Shown here piece by piece: positions 7,052-17,379 of a stretch of DNA of 44,830 nucleotides (its first letter is position 1; each line of letters starts with the position of its first letter). The stretch is from Gammaproteobacteria bacterium (GTDB lineage Bacteria > Pseudomonadota > Gammaproteobacteria > SZUA-21): assembly GCA_027021095.1 (NCBI GenBank), contig JALUUZ010000258.1, forward strand, positions 1-44,830, read 5' to 3'. The notes below the pieces were generated by a model, which saw nothing but the letters and a program-made list of their open reading frames with translations, was not told where the DNA came from and made no database searches. The position numbers and the translations under genes were made by a program.

Positions 7052-7885
7052 TCAGACCGCAGGCTCGTCCTGATCGATACTGTGCTTGGCCGCCGATTTT
7101 TTTGCCATCAGTTCACGCAGGCGTTGATATTCGATCAGCGCATTGATGTTGTCTATCGCGGCCCGCGCGGCCGATTGTACCTCGCTTTTGCTGTCTTCCA
7201 GCAGCCGGTTCAGGTGTTTGATCGCCCTGGGATCACCGATTTTCCCCAACGCTTCTGCTGCCGCCGTACGGCCGGTGTGGTTGATCGATTTGAGTGCCTG
7301 GATCAGCGGCAGGGTGGCGTTGTTGACTACTTTGTTGACCAGGTCCGGTACGATCAGCGTGTTCAGCGAGACGGCAGCGCTGGAACGCACCATTTCGTTT
7401 TTATCCGTCAGCGCATTGATCAGCGCACTGATCGATTCCTCGTACGGGAAATTGGCCAGTGCGGTGACAGCACTGTCGCGGACAAACGGGTTCGGATCCT
7501 GTTTCAGCACGGTGATGATCGGCGCCAGGACTTCCTCGGCCTGCGTTTTTCCCAGGGCCTCCATGGCACTGAAACGTACTTCTTCACAGCCGTCGTTCAG
7601 GCAGTCGACCAGCGGTGCCAGCATGGTCTGCACCGTCGGGTGTTGGCAGGCGGCCAGGTCGCCAAGTGCTTCGGCACAGGCGCTGCGTATTTTTTCATCG
7701 GCATCATCCAACCGTGCCAGCAACGGCTCGATTGCTTGTGGACTGCCTGTCCTGCCCAATCGCAGCGCAGCTTTGATCACAGCCTGCGGGTCGTCACCGG
7801 CCAGGGCCAGCAGAGCGATCTGCAAGTCCGTTTTGTCTTTAGTAAAAAATTTTTTGAACATGAGTCCGGGAAGTGCCAGTGTCAT
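7052..7885 (-). CDS. HEAT-repeat (PBS-lyase-like) protein
   Basis: 277 aa with repeated HEAT-like units (AEALGDLA, MEALGKTQ, AVTALANFP, AAEALGKIGDPRAIKHL). The start is uncertain: ATG at 7885 lies inside a tandem repeat, and an alternative ATG at 7861 (MFKKFF...) is possible. Confidence 0.8.
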   Translation of the reverse strand: MTLALPGLMFKKFFTKDKTDLQIALLALAGDDPQAVIKAALRLGRTGSPQAIEPLLARLDDADEKIRSACAEALGDLAACQHPTVQTMLAPLVDCLNDGCEEVRFSAMEALGKTQAEEVLAPIITVLKQDPNPFVRDSAVTALANFPYEESISALINALTDKNEMVRSSAAVSLNTLIVPDLVNKVVNNATLPLIQALKSINHTGRTAAAEALGKIGDPRAIKHLNRLLEDSKSEVQSAARAAIDNINALIEYQRLRELMAKKSAAKHSIDQDEPAV

Positions 7886-7944
7886 CTATTTGATTGTCAT
7901 CCATTTGACTGTCTGTCATCCATCTTGCTCTACCTGTCACCCGT
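7880..7944. repeat. Four direct copies of TGTCAYCYRT at the 5' end/leader of the HEAT-repeat gene
   Basis: TGTCATCTATTTGAT (7880-7894) and TGTCATCCATTTGAC (7895-7909) are tandem. Further copies: TGTCATCCAT (7914-7923) and TGTCACCCGT (7935-7944). Confidence 0.7.
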
Positions 7945-8469
7945 CAACGCTTGTGACCAGGGTGAGTCATGGGGATGTCGGCACCGGAATGCTTGAACTG
8001 GGTGCCCGGTGCTGCAGCCGCTGGCTGTCAACGAAGTACTGCATGTTTCAAGTCTAGCGTATTGGTTGCCGGGCGACAATCCAACGGGTGTGTTTGTGAT
8101 TAAAACGCCGGCCTTTTTCAAACAGGTTGCCCCTGCAGCAGAGTTCGCATCGTAGATGAAAAAGGCCGGAAAAAGAGCGTCTGAACAAGACAACGCCCGG
8201 GGAGTGCGCCAGGTTGACATCCGGGTCAGTCCTGGTGAACATCGACTGTACAAACTCACCGCGCCATACCGCGATGAGTTTGTTGAGACTATGTTAAGTA
8301 TTTGATTTTAGTCTTAATAAAGCAGATTTTAACAGGCGGGTTCAAAGCCGCATGCTGGTGTGACATTGGTGTGGCGCAAACGTCGTAAACTTATGTGATT
8401 GGTAGGGATTTGTGATAATCTTTACAGGCAGTTGACCGAACTTTTTAATTGTTGAATGGGGAATAGTAT

Positions 8470-8835
8470 ATGAAAAAAACTATTTTGTTAGTCGTGGCGT
8501 TGTTTGTTTCGGCGGGGGTGCAGGCAGCTGACGGATACAAATTGTTGAAGCAATGTGACCTGGCAATCCGTACCATGGCGCTCAGGCTTCCAACAACCAA
8601 GCTTGATCATGGGAATATCATGCATTGCTATGGAAAGATGCAGGGGATCATTGCAACGACCTTCCAGCACAGGCGCCGGTTTGGCACTGCCTTGTTTTGC
8701 CCGCCGGGTTCATTGACTGCTGGAGGCGCAGCGAGAATCGTCGTCAACTACATGAAAGCACGCCCGAGTGTTTTGAGCGGTGATGAAATCAAGATAAGTA
8801 TCAGTGCCTTGCGCCAGGCTTATCCGTGTCGCTAG
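8470..8835 (+). CDS. Periplasmic Rap1a/Tai4-like (T6SS amidase-immunity-like) protein
   Basis: Signal peptide MKKTILLVVALFVSAGVQA. The Cys pattern, the FCPPGSLTAGGAARIVVNYMKARP segment and the C-terminal ...ALRQAYPC fit my recollection of the Rap1a family. The gene is AT-richer than its neighbours. Family call is tentative. Confidence 0.55.
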   Translation: MKKTILLVVALFVSAGVQAADGYKLLKQCDLAIRTMALRLPTTKLDHGNIMHCYGKMQGIIATTFQHRRRFGTALFCPPGSLTAGGAARIVVNYMKARPSVLSGDEIKISISALRQAYPCR

Positions 8836-8871
8836 CCTAGCCTGACCTGGTTTTTTTTGCGGTTTCCAGCT

Positions 8872-9100
8872 AGCCCGCATTGCTCACCGCCCTTCTACTG
8901 CGACGGCGCAATGGCATGTCCTTGCTGGCTTTCGCTCGGTCGGCGAGCCAGCAAAGCATCTTCGGGTGATGCGATGCGTTCTATCGTGGTGTTGGTGCGT
9001 ACAACGCACCCTACTTGCCTGCGCGCTCCTCGGTCGCGAAAGCCACCCATACCGCACCCTTGCTCCGTCTCGCGACGAACGCCGGTGAGAAATCCGGGCT
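8872..9100. repeat. Nested REP/MITE-like element (reverse-oriented copy interrupted by a second module)
   Basis: Ends AGCCCGCATTGCTCACCGCC... and ...GCCGGTGAGAAATCCGGGCT. Core at 8994-9014 (minus orientation). The inner module 8890-8945 is the reverse complement of the module at 25691-25762. Confidence 0.8.
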
Positions 9101-9151
9101 AGGGCTTCCGGATTGGGCAGAGGCTTCCTGGCAGGCTGGGAACCAGAAAGG

Positions 9152-10150
9152 TCAGAACGACCGTTCGATCGAGAATTTTGCCAGTGAAGCCAATGCATCT
9201 TTGTAAGGGGAGTCCGGCAGGATTCCAAGGTGCGTGCTGGCCTTGATAAATTCCTGCCTGGCGGTTTGTGCGGCATAGTCCAGGGCATTGGTCGATTGGA
9301 CCGCCGCGGTGACCTGTTGAATCTGGTTGGCGCCGCCGTTCTTGATCGCATTGCGAATAGTCTCGGTCTGTTCCGCATTGCCCTGGTGCATTGCATAGAT
9401 CAACGGCAGTGTCGGTTTGCCTTCTGCCAGGTCGTCGCCGATGTTCTTACCGGTTGTTTCCGCGTTGCCGCTGTAGTCGAGCACATCGTCGATGATCTGG
9501 AAAGCAGTGCCTAGGTGTTTGCCGAATTCAAGCATCTGCCGTTCGGTCTCAGCGTCGGTACCGGCAAGCACGGCGCCGAGCTGGCAGCCTGCTTCGAACA
9601 GCTTGGCGGTTTTGCAGTAAATCACATTCAGATACTGTTCTTCGGTCGTGTCCGGTTCACGGCAGTACAGCAACTGCATGACTTCACCTTCGGCGATGGT
9701 GTTGGTGGCGTCAGACAGGATCTGCATGATCCGCATGTTGTCGACCTTGACCATCATCTGAAAGGAACGTGAATATAGAAAATCCCCGACCAGCACCGAG
9801 GCCTCGTTACCCCATATCTTATTGGCGGTGTCTTTGCCACGCCGCATCTCCGAAGCGTCGACTACGTCGTCGTGCAGCAGTGTGGCGGTATGGATGAATT
9901 CGATGATTGCAGCGATGTCGATATGTTCCCGGCCCGTGTAGCCGGCGGCCTTGGCACTGAGCAGTACCAGCAAGGGCCGCAGCCGCTTGCCACCGCTGTT
10001 AATGATATAGTGTCCAAGCTGACCGATCAGTGCCACGTTAGAGTCGAGGGATTGCTGGATCAGGTCGTTTACCTTCTGGAAGTCCTCTGCCACGAGCTGC
10101 TGTGCATACGCCAATCCATCGGTATTTTGTGGTTGTGTGGTCACTAACAT
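9152..10150 (-). CDS. ispB: Octaprenyl-diphosphate synthase
   Basis: 332 aa. Both polyprenyl synthase Asp-rich motifs are present (LLHDDVVD, FQIIDDVLD). Classical divergent arrangement with rplU-rpmA. Confidence 0.95.
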   Translation of the reverse strand: MLVTTQPQNTDGLAYAQQLVAEDFQKVNDLIQQSLDSNVALIGQLGHYIINSGGKRLRPLLVLLSAKAAGYTGREHIDIAAIIEFIHTATLLHDDVVDASEMRRGKDTANKIWGNEASVLVGDFLYSRSFQMMVKVDNMRIMQILSDATNTIAEGEVMQLLYCREPDTTEEQYLNVIYCKTAKLFEAGCQLGAVLAGTDAETERQMLEFGKHLGTAFQIIDDVLDYSGNAETTGKNIGDDLAEGKPTLPLIYAMHQGNAEQTETIRNAIKNGGANQIQQVTAAVQSTNALDYAAQTARQEFIKASTHLGILPDSPYKDALASLAKFSIERSF

Positions 10151-10462
10151 CTGTCTGTTGATCGGTACATTATTACAATGGCTGGGTTACAACGGCTAGT
10201 TTACCTAGCTTAGTCGGTTCAAGCCAGCGCTGGTTCGCCAAGGCTGTTGATTCGACTCCAGCCAGCGTCATCAATAGTAGAGGAGTTTGCCGGATTCTGA
10301 TAACAGAAAATTTTTTGCTGGTATTAGTAAACGAGCACTGCAGGGGCGTCGGTGCCGTGACATAACCCTATTTTATAGATGGAAAAGGGCTGGCGTGCAG
10401 GCTGTCGAGGCCTTGTCCGGCAACGTACCAGCACCCGTCTGGGGATATTCGGGCCCATGGCA

Positions 10463-10491
10463 TTGACGGAAGTGCGAATAAGGGCTAAAAT
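10463..10491 (+). promoter_or_regulatory. Candidate sigma70 promoter of rplU-rpmA
   Basis: TTGACG (10463-10468), 17-nt spacer, TAAAAT (10486-10491), about 60 nt upstream of the rplU ATG. Confidence 0.5.
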
Positions 10492-10551
10492 TCGCGGTCT
10501 TTCAACCTATTGCCTGGTACAGGTCAGGCAGGAATTCGGAGAAACAAGCTC

Positions 10552-10869
10552 ATGTATGCGGTCATTAAAACCGGTGGTAAACAATATCGTGTCAGCGAAG
10601 GCGATACGCTCAAGGTTGAGAAGCTCGACGCGGAACAAGGTGCCAACGTCGAGCTCGGCGATGTTTTGATGGTTGCAGATGGCGACAAGGTCACGATCGG
10701 GACACCGTATATCGAAGGTGGCAAGGTCACGGCGAAGGTCAAAGCGCATGGGCGTCACAAGAAAATTGAAATCGTCAAGTTCAAGCGGCGCAAACACTAC
10801 GACAGGCGTACCGGGCATCGCCAGTCTTTTACCGAACTTGAAATTACCGGTATTCAGGCACCGGCCTAA
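10552..10869 (+). CDS. rplU: 50S ribosomal protein L21
   Basis: [18 protein letters not shown]... Start chosen at ATG 10552 with GGAGAA RBS; the ORF-track start at 10510 is upstream of it. Confidence 0.95.
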   Translation: MYAVIKTGGKQYRVSEGDTLKVEKLDAEQGANVELGDVLMVADGDKVTIGTPYIEGGKVTAKVKAHGRHKKIEIVKFKRRKHYDRRTGHRQSFTELEITGIQAPA

Positions 10870-10896
10870 GATGTAACAGATCAGGAGAAGGCTCAG

Positions 10897-11154
10897 ATGG
10901 CTCATAAGAAAGCAGGCGGCAGTACCAGGAACGGACGGGATTCGGTTTCCAAGAGACTGGGGGTAAAATGTTTCGGCGGGCAGCAGGTCGTAGCAGGCAA
11001 TATCATCGTGCGCCAGCGCGGTACCCACTTTCATGCCGGAGAAAATGTCGGCTGCGGGCGTGATCATACACTGTTTGCCAAGGCAGACGGTAAGGTGGTA
11101 TTCGAGGTCAAAGGCCCGAAAAAGCGTAAGTACGTACGGATCGAAGCGGCCTGA
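10897..11154 (+). CDS. rpmA: 50S ribosomal protein L27
   Basis: [16 protein letters not shown]... 85 aa. RBS AGGAGAAGG upstream. Confidence 0.97.
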   Translation: MAHKKAGGSTRNGRDSVSKRLGVKCFGGQQVVAGNIIVRQRGTHFHAGENVGCGRDHTLFAKADGKVVFEVKGPKKRKYVRIEAA

Positions 11155-11186
11155 ACAGCTGATCACCCAACACCAGTCCAAGCACA

Positions 11187-11211
11187 GGCCCCGCTCGACG
11201 GGGCTTTTTTG
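11187..11211 (+). terminator. Rho-independent terminator/attenuator after rpmA
   Basis: GGCCCCG-CTCGA-CGGGGC hairpin followed by TTTTTT (11205-11210). Confidence 0.7.
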
Positions 11212-11241
11212 TGCGGTTTTTCCTGGAACACGACGCGATAG

Positions 11242-13399
<2,158 letters not shown>

Positions 13400-13402
<3 letters not shown>

Positions 13403-13560
13403 TCCGCATTTCTTACCCACGTGATACTATTTGATTTGCCTTGGTGTTGGTGCGTACAACACACCCTACCTCGTCGTGACGGTGTGCGCAGCACACCAAA
13501 GGATTTACAGCAAGAAATTGTCATGCCCCATAGTAGGGCGTGCCGTGCGCACCACCACTA
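13400..13560. repeat. REP doublet (REPIN-like) element filling the proB/rpsT convergent gap
   Basis: TAGTCCGCATTTCTTACCCAC at the left end. Inverted cores at 13449-13469 (minus orientation) and 13533-13553. Colinear with 3394-3520. The terminal TAG/CTA triplets are the proB and rpsT stop codons. Confidence 0.8.
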
Positions 13561-13818
13561 CATATTGCGGAGATGCTTGTTCAGCCGGCTTTTATGCCGT
13601 GCTGCCTTGTTGGCGTGGATCAGGCCTTTACGTGCCATTTTGTCGATCACCGGTACCGCGCTTTTGTAGGCCTGTTCAGCCGCAGGCTTGTCACCCTGAG
13701 CGATCGCCTTGATGGTCTTTTTGATCGTCGTGCGCATCATTGAGCGGGCGCTGGCGTTACGCTGCCGGCGCTTTTCGGCCTGGCGGGCACGCTTTTTCGA
13801 TTGTGCTGAGTTTGCCAA
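13558..13818 (-). CDS. rpsT: 30S ribosomal protein S20
   Basis: [18 protein letters not shown]... The start codon is TTG (13816-13818), as in E. coli rpsT. Confidence 0.95.
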   Translation of the reverse strand: MANSAQSKKRARQAEKRRQRNASARSMMRTTIKKTIKAIAQGDKPAAEQAYKSAVPVIDKMARKGLIHANKAARHKSRLNKHLRNM

Positions 13819-13859
13819 ACTAACTGTCCTCTAGGTCTATTGATTGCAAAAAGAGCGGT

Positions 13860-13888
13860 ACTATGCTCAAAATCCGCCCGGCTGTCAA
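13860..13888 (-). promoter_or_regulatory. Candidate sigma70 promoter of rpsT
   Basis: On the minus strand: TTGACA (13883-13888), 17-nt spacer, CATAGT (13860-13865). Confidence 0.45.
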
Positions 13889-14040
13889 GCCGAAAACGCG
13901 GTCAGCCAGGCTGTCGATTCCTGCCCTGGGTGGGAGTATAGCCGATTTTTTCCAGATAATGAAAAAGTTAAGTGCAAACCGGGGGTAACTGGACTAGAAT
14001 TTTGTGCTTTCTGACTAATATAAATAAGAGTACGGCCCCG

Positions 14041-16131
14041 ATGTCGCGAAAACTCATAAAATCCACGGCAATCGTATCGTTTATGACCTTTCTGTCCCGT
14101 ATCCTGGGGCTGATCCGGGACGTGGTGGTCGCCAGGTTTTTTGGTGCCGGCGCAGGAACTGATGCTTTTTTCGTCGCCTTTAAGATTCCGAATTTCTTTC
14201 GCCGCCTGACCGCCGAGGCGTCGTTTGCCTATGCGTTCGTGCCGGTGCTGACTGAGTACAAGACCAAGCGTGACCACGCGGCAGTCCAGGAACTGGTGGA
14301 CCGGGTCGCCGGTGCCATGGCCAGTGTGCTGTTTCTGATGACACTGATCGGCGTGGTCGCTTCACCCGTGCTGATCGGTATCTTTGCGCCGGCCTGGATC
14401 CATCAGCCGCAGAAGTTCGACCTGGCCTCGACCATGTTGATGCTGACTTTTCCGTATCTGTTTTTTATCTCGCTGACTGCGCTGGCCGGGGGGATTCTCA
14501 ATGCCTACAACAAGTTCGCAGTCCCTGCGTTTACACCGGTGCTGCTCAACCTGTCACTGATCGGCGCTGCGGTCGGGCTGTCCCCGCACATGCCGAAACC
14601 AGCGCTGTCGCTTGCGGTCGGCGTGTTTCTGGCGGGGGTGGTACAGCTTGCGTTCCAGGTGCCTTACCTGGTCAAGATCAAGCTGCTGCCGAAACCACGC
14701 TGGTACCGGCGTCGTGCCGGTCACCAGGGTCCGTTGCACCGCCTGGCCGCCGCAGCCGGGCTGTGTTTCAGCTACTACAAGGAGAAAAACCGGCTCGCGG
14801 CGAGCGCCGACCACAGCGGCCTGGACCGGCTTGCATCACGGTTGGCGGCGGCACTGGGCAGCCTGTTGTTTTTGCTGTCCCTGGTGATGCTGGTGCTGAT
14901 TCCACTGGGCTATGTCGTGTTCGGTACGGCCTGGTTACAGTCCGCGCAGCCGCTGGGCTGGTTGCCGGTCGCCGTGGTGACCTGCCTGCCCTGGCTGGTA
15001 CTGCTTGGCCTGGGTCTGCTGACCGGCTTGGTGCAGCGCCGGCTCCGGCGTTTTTTCTGGCCGGTGATGTTCCCGGCGCTGCTCTACAGCCTGCTGCTTG
15101 GCTACGTGATCTGGCTGGCCCCGCAGGTCAAGTCCTCGTACTGGGTTTTGTTTACCGGTGTCTTTGCGGCACTGTTGATCGGGCTTGGCAGCCAGGTGCC
15201 GGGGTTGATGAAACAAGGAGTGCTGCCGAAGCCGGAACACGAAGGATTCCGGCGTATCCTGAAGCTGATGGTGCCGACGCTGTTCAGTTCCTCAGCCATG
15301 CAGATCAGCCTGTTGATCGACACCTGGCTGGCTTCGGCGCTGATTACCGGCAGCGTCAGCTGGCTGTATTTCTCTGATCGCCTGGTCGAGTTCCCGCTCG
15401 GGGTGTTCGGGATTGCGATTGCGACGGTGATTCTGCCGAACCTGTCTAAAAGCCACGCGCAGCAGTCTCACGAGAATTTTCAGCATACGCTGGACTGGGC
15501 GATTCGCTGGGTGATGATGATCGGTATCCCGTCGACGGTCGGTCTGTTCGTGTTGTCCGGGCCGCTGATTACCACGATTTTCTATCGTGGCGCGTTTACT
15601 GCTGAACATGTGACTATGACCACCTGGGCGCTGATGGCCTATAGTATCGGCTTGATGGGGTTTATCCTGGTCAAGGTGCTGTCACCGGGGTTCTACTCAC
15701 GCCAGGATTCGAAAACCCCGATGATCGCCGCGTTCTGGGCGCTCGGTATCAAGGTGTTGCTGAGCCTGTTGTTTTTGTACCTGTTGATCTTTGTGTTCGA
15801 GGTCAAGGCAGCGCATGTCGGCCTGGCACTGGCTACCGCGCTGGGGGCGACCATCAATGCCAGCCTGTTGTACCTGATTTTGCGCCGCCGTGAGATTTAC
15901 CGTATCAGCCGTGCGGCACTGGTCGATGCACTGCGGATTGCCTTATCAGCCGCCTTAATGGGAGTATTTATCTATTCCATGTCTCCACCGGTCGAGGCCT
16001 GGCTGAAGATGGGCCTGTGGACGCGTATACTTGAGTTGAGCCTGCTGGTGTTTCCCGCTATCGTGCTGTTTTTCGTTGCCGTCGTGGTGCTCGGTGCCAG
16101 GCCGTGGCGCTGGAAATCGGGGATGCACTAG
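14041..16131 (+). CDS. murJ: Lipid II flippase MurJ (MviN) with a ~178-aa in-frame insertion
   Basis: MSRKLIKSTAIVSFMTFLSRILGLIRDVVVARFFGAG.. is a canonical MurJ N-terminus, and SVSWLYFSDRLVEFPLGVFGIAIATVILP a canonical central motif. The protein is 696 aa versus about 510-520 aa for typical MurJ. The ORF-track start at 13972 is not needed. Confidence 0.9.
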   Translation: MSRKLIKSTAIVSFMTFLSRILGLIRDVVVARFFGAGAGTDAFFVAFKIPNFFRRLTAEASFAYAFVPVLTEYKTKRDHAAVQELVDRVAGAMASVLFLMTLIGVVASPVLIGIFAPAWIHQPQKFDLASTMLMLTFPYLFFISLTALAGGILNAYNKFAVPAFTPVLLNLSLIGAAVGLSPHMPKPALSLAVGVFLAGVVQLAFQVPYLVKIKLLPKPRWYRRRAGHQGPLHRLAAAAGLCFSYYKEKNRLAASADHSGLDRLASRLAAALGSLLFLLSLVMLVLIPLGYVVFGTAWLQSAQPLGWLPVAVVTCLPWLVLLGLGLLTGLVQRRLRRFFWPVMFPALLYSLLLGYVIWLAPQVKSSYWVLFTGVFAALLIGLGSQVPGLMKQGVLPKPEHEGFRRILKLMVPTLFSSSAMQISLLIDTWLASALITGSVSWLYFSDRLVEFPLGVFGIAIATVILPNLSKSHAQQSHENFQHTLDWAIRWVMMIGIPSTVGLFVLSGPLITTIFYRGAFTAEHVTMTTWALMAYSIGLMGFILVKVLSPGFYSRQDSKTPMIAAFWALGIKVLLSLLFLYLLIFVFEVKAAHVGLALATALGATINASLLYLILRRREIYRISRAALVDALRIALSAALMGVFIYSMSPPVEAWLKMGLWTRILELSLLVFPAIVLFFVAVVVLGARPWRWKSGMH

Positions 16132-16295
16132 CCCGCATTTCTCACCACCGTTCATAGCGAGACGGTCCAATCGCACGCCCTGAGTGGCTTGTGCCAGGTC
16201 GGTACCAGGTTGCAAACCAATCACCTGCCATGCGATTTGCCGTGGTGTTGGCGCGTACAGCGCACCTTGCCTTGGCTGCGCGCTCCTCGGTGGCG
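16129..16295. repeat. REP/MITE-like element downstream of murJ
   Basis: TAGCCCGCATTTCTCACCACCGTTCATAGCGAGACGG... The TAG is the murJ stop codon. Degenerate core at 16250-16266, followed by GCGCGCTCCTCGGTGGCG. Confidence 0.75.
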
Positions 16296-16365
16296 ATATT
16301 CAGGTATAATGCACGGGCAGCGGCTTGTTGTTAGCCGGTGTGGACACAGGAGGACAAGACTTCAG

Positions 16366-17349
16366 ATGCGTCTGGTGCGGGGCTTGCTTAATTTAAGTAG
16401 TCATTTACAATCGAACTATTGCGGTTGTGTCGCAACGATTGGCAATTTCGATGGCGTGCATCTGGGTCACCAGGCCGTGATCGGCCAACTGACCGAAAAG
16501 GCCGCGGAGCTGGGTTTGCCGGCGACCGTGATTACCTTTGAACCGCAACCGCAGGAATATTTTGCGCATACCGATGTGCCCGCACGCTTGACCAAGTTCC
16601 GTGAGAAACTGATCGCCTTGCGCCGGTTTGCACTGGATTACCTGTTGTGCCTGCGATTCAACCGGCAGTTTGCGCGCTGGACCGCCGAGGAGTTTATTCA
16701 ACGTGTGCTGGTCGATGGCCTGGCAGTCAAGTACCTGGTGATAGGTGATGATTTTCGTTTCGGTCATCAGCGCCGGGGTGACTTCGATACCCTGGTGCAG
16801 GCCGGCAGCCGGTACGGGTTCAAGGTGGTTACTATGCATACGTTCGATATCGATGGCGAACGGGTCAGCAGTACACGAATTCGCGAGGCGCTGGCGCGAG
16901 GCGACTTGGCGCAGGCCGAAAAACTGCTGGGGCGCGGGTTCCGCCTCAGCGGACGCGTCGCCCATGGCGACAAGCGCGGGCGCACGATCGGTTTTCCGAC
17001 CGCCAACGTCTTCCTGCACCGCAGGCAGAGTCCGTTGTCAGGCGTGTTTGCGGTGGAGATGTTCGGACTCGATCGCGAGCCAGTGCGCGGCGTGGCGAAC
17101 CTTGGTACCCGGCCAACGGTCGATGGCAGCCAACCGTTGCTCGAGGTGCACCTGTTCGACTTCGATCAGGACATCTACGGCCGTCATGTGCAGGTCGAGT
17201 TTGTCAAAAAACTGCGTGATGAACAGCGCTTCGATTCGTTCGAGCAGTTGAAACAGCAGATTGAGCGGGATGTCGAGCGTGCGCGTGCCTGCTTTCGTGG
17301 CTCGACGGCCGGCGATCCGGCCCCGGTGCAGACAACGAGGCAATCGTAA
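16366..17349 (+). CDS. ribF: Bifunctional riboflavin kinase / FMN adenylyltransferase
   Basis: ATIGNFDGVHLGHQ motif. ATG at 16366 with AGGAGGA RBS (16349-16355). The ORF-track extension to 16189 runs through the repeat element. Confidence 0.93.
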   Translation: MRLVRGLLNLSSHLQSNYCGCVATIGNFDGVHLGHQAVIGQLTEKAAELGLPATVITFEPQPQEYFAHTDVPARLTKFREKLIALRRFALDYLLCLRFNRQFARWTAEEFIQRVLVDGLAVKYLVIGDDFRFGHQRRGDFDTLVQAGSRYGFKVVTMHTFDIDGERVSSTRIREALARGDLAQAEKLLGRGFRLSGRVAHGDKRGRTIGFPTANVFLHRRQSPLSGVFAVEMFGLDREPVRGVANLGTRPTVDGSQPLLEVHLFDFDQDIYGRHVQVEFVKKLRDEQRFDSFEQLKQQIERDVERARACFRGSTAGDPAPVQTTRQS

Positions 17350-17379
17350 CAGTAAAGAAGACCGAAATAGGGAGTCATC

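Noticed and set aside
7082-8057. Two ~304-aa plus-strand ORFs overlapping the HEAT-repeat gene
   Set aside because: Ser/Arg-rich mirror frames of the HEAT gene. The minus-strand product shows a regular HEAT repeat periodicity.
10195-10275. tRNA-like fragment (GCTTAGTCGGTTCAAGC ... GATTCGACTCCAGCC) in the ispB-rplU gap
   Set aside because: I could not fold an acceptor stem, anticodon arm or 5-bp T stem. The resemblance is limited to short D- and T-loop-like strings.
13972-14040. N-terminal extensions proposed by the ORF track for murJ (13972), ribF (16189), speE-like (28099), Sel1 (29685), fimT/U (30885), thiO (24206) and the basic protein (3461)
   Set aside because: The extensions run through repeat elements or promoter DNA and lack an RBS. 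Internal ATGs with good RBSs reproduce the canonical N-termini of the families.
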